A stretch of DNA of 64,000 nucleotides from Gracilinanus agilis (lineage: Eukaryota): contig NC_058131.1 in the NCBI RefSeq assembly GCF_016433145.1, positions 106,341,301 through 106,405,300 on the forward strand, given 5' to 3'. This document shows positions 62,181 to 64,000 of the stretch, piece by piece (positions within the stretch are counted from its first letter, which is position 1; every line of letters starts with the position of its first letter). The translations under genes were made by a program, and so were the position numbers. A model generated the notes under the pieces. It had not been told where the DNA came from. It saw only the letters and a program-made list of their open reading frames with translations, and did no database searches.

Positions 62181-62779
62181 ATTGACATTGGGCTTGAGGT
62201 AAGAGCATGGTTTTTACTCTCATGCTGATTTGAGAGTAAATTTTTTTTACTCTACTAAGACAAAATCTCAGCACATTATTCTTTTTTAGCTAGTAAGAAC
62301 AAAGTAAAAAGAAAAAAAAAAGATTTTGTGGTACTATGTGTGATTTAGCCCTATACACACAGCAGATATTTAATAAATTACTGTTTAATTTTAATATAAT
62401 GCATGTGCTGTACAAGTAAGAAGCAGTGGGCATGCTACTACAATATATCCATATTCCCATATTCTGCCTTATAAGTACTTTAAAATTTAGGCTCTCTTTT
62501 TAAATAGTTAAGTCTTTGTGGCAGGGAATGATTCTCCCAATGACTGAGGAAGAAATTCAACTCACTCAAGACATTTTACAGAAATCTTAGTCAGAGCTCA
62601 GTGTTATTGTTTCTTTAAGGTGTTGTACATTCTGACTCCAGGGTAGCACAACTACATTATCAAGGATCCACACAACAAAGCAGAGAGCATACACTTATCA
62701 TTCATGCTCCTAGTCTCTTCCCACAAAATCAGGGGCTAACTACACAGAAACAGATACAAAGTGAAAATGCTCAGGCTGG

Positions 62780-62965
62780 AGGGGCAGGCTGGTGGCTCAG
62801 TGGACAGAGAGCCAGGACTACATACGAGTCCTGGATTCAAATCTACTCTCCTACACTTTCTACACTGGGGAAAGTCACTGAACCTCAATTGCCTAGTCCT
62901 TATGGCTTTTCTGCAACAGAACTGATACTTGGTATCAATTCAAAAACAGAAGGTAGGTGTTTAAA
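62780..62965 (+). mobile_element. Older CORE-SINE
   Basis: Diverged A/B boxes and core. Confidence 0.75.
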
Positions 62966-64000
62966 AGAAAAATTCAGACTAATGTGAGAACATGGCCCTG
63001 GTGTCACTTTAGTAATATCAAAAAAACCTCTAAATCACAGATGGATACTAGTTTAATTAGTACACCAACACTTTCTTAAATACTATTTTCCCAGCACGGT
63101 ATACAAAAACTCTTGAGGTTATCTCTAATGCTCACTCCACCTGCATATATTTTACCACCTACCCAATTTTCATACTACTAGACTAAAATTCATTGCAGAA
63201 AGGGGGCTGTACCTTGTTTAATAATATATAACCCACAATAAGTTAGCATAGTTCCTCAGATTTAGTTTCTGTTTGTTGATAATTAAGTTAATAATAAAAG
63301 GAAATTTCATTAAAAAAATAAAGTAATAAAATGGAAGGCTTTTGTAAATAGTATGAAACTGCAAATGGTGTTTGCATGGGCCTACTACCAATTATTTAAA
63401 CAAGGGAGAAAAAGTCTAACCTAAAAAAAGCTAAATAATTAGTGCAGAAATAGTTTAGTTTGAAATAACCAGATTATTGTTTTCATTCAATTCACTTTGC
63501 TACTAAAGACTATCTAAAAAAATATCATGAGTAATCTGAAATAGTAACATAGTCTCTCAATGACAAAAACAAGAATTTGCTGATCAAATTCATCCCACGA
63601 ATATTTACACAAGTCTTTTACTAGCAATTATACTTTGCATGTGAAGCTTATAAAAAATATTTTATACTTAGCCTACTTAAAATTTTATCTTTTCTTTAAA
63701 CAATAGAAATTTTTGGTATATGTACAGAACTTTTTGCCATAAAAAGAAAAAGAGAAAAGTAAAGAATAAGGACAGTTTTGTATTCCTTAATGTATATACC
63801 AGGCAATGTGTTGTACAGGAAGTATACTTTATGAGAAGTAAGGAGACCGCAGTTATAGTCAGTTGACTTTTTGTTTCCTCATTTGTAAATGAAGTGGGTA
63901 GGGATTAGATGATCTCTATAGAAACTTCTAGATCTAAATATTGCATTATTCTCAGGAAAAATATACTCCCACCACCACCCAGAAAAGCTTTGGTAAAAGG

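Noticed and set aside
3931-62965. tRNA-like A/B box sequences
   Set aside because: All are heads of tRNA-derived SINEs, not tRNA genes.
1-64000. CRISPR arrays, rRNA, prokaryotic operons or defence systems
   Set aside because: Mammalian intron-exon DNA. The repeated ~190-bp units are dispersed SINEs, not repeat-spacer arrays.

Overview
Eukaryotic, AT-rich, repeat-dense genomic DNA. The tRNA-derived CORE-SINE family (SINE1_Mdo-like), MAR1/MIR, L2, L3, opossum-type L1 and hAT MITEs point to a didelphid marsupial such as Monodelphis. Two genes converge tail to tail. (1) PRORSD1 (ProXp-ala/YbaK-PrdX family tRNA deacylase) is on +, with a CpG-island promoter and two coding exons (9394-9477, 10881-11306) giving an intact 169 aa ORF. 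(2) The 3' part of CCDC88A (Girdin/GIV) is on -, with 15 phase-consistent coding exons traced from 61896 to 18915 and a probable ~3.9 kb 3'UTR. The most interesting signals are in the splicing of the Girdin C-terminal tail. These are an in-frame 87-nt Cys-rich cassette-exon candidate (28914-29000) followed by three UGCAUG RBFOX motifs; a 172-nt N gap placed where the 84-nt MVALKRLPF... cassette exon should be, flanked by a polypyrimidine tract and four QKI motifs; the long GIV-L read-through tail ending in the PDZ-binding motif WYEYGCV; two NAGNAG acceptors; and an L1 inserted about 14 nt from a constitutive acceptor. Upstream of PRORSD1, a solo LTR (GATC target-site duplication) appears to supply a promoter, ATG and donor for a phase-consistent chain of + strand exon-like segments (2240-2282, 2704-2856, 3267-3311, 5743-). 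This is a candidate LTR-initiated unannotated transcript and is unverified. Orthologue sequences are quoted from memory; no searches were run.
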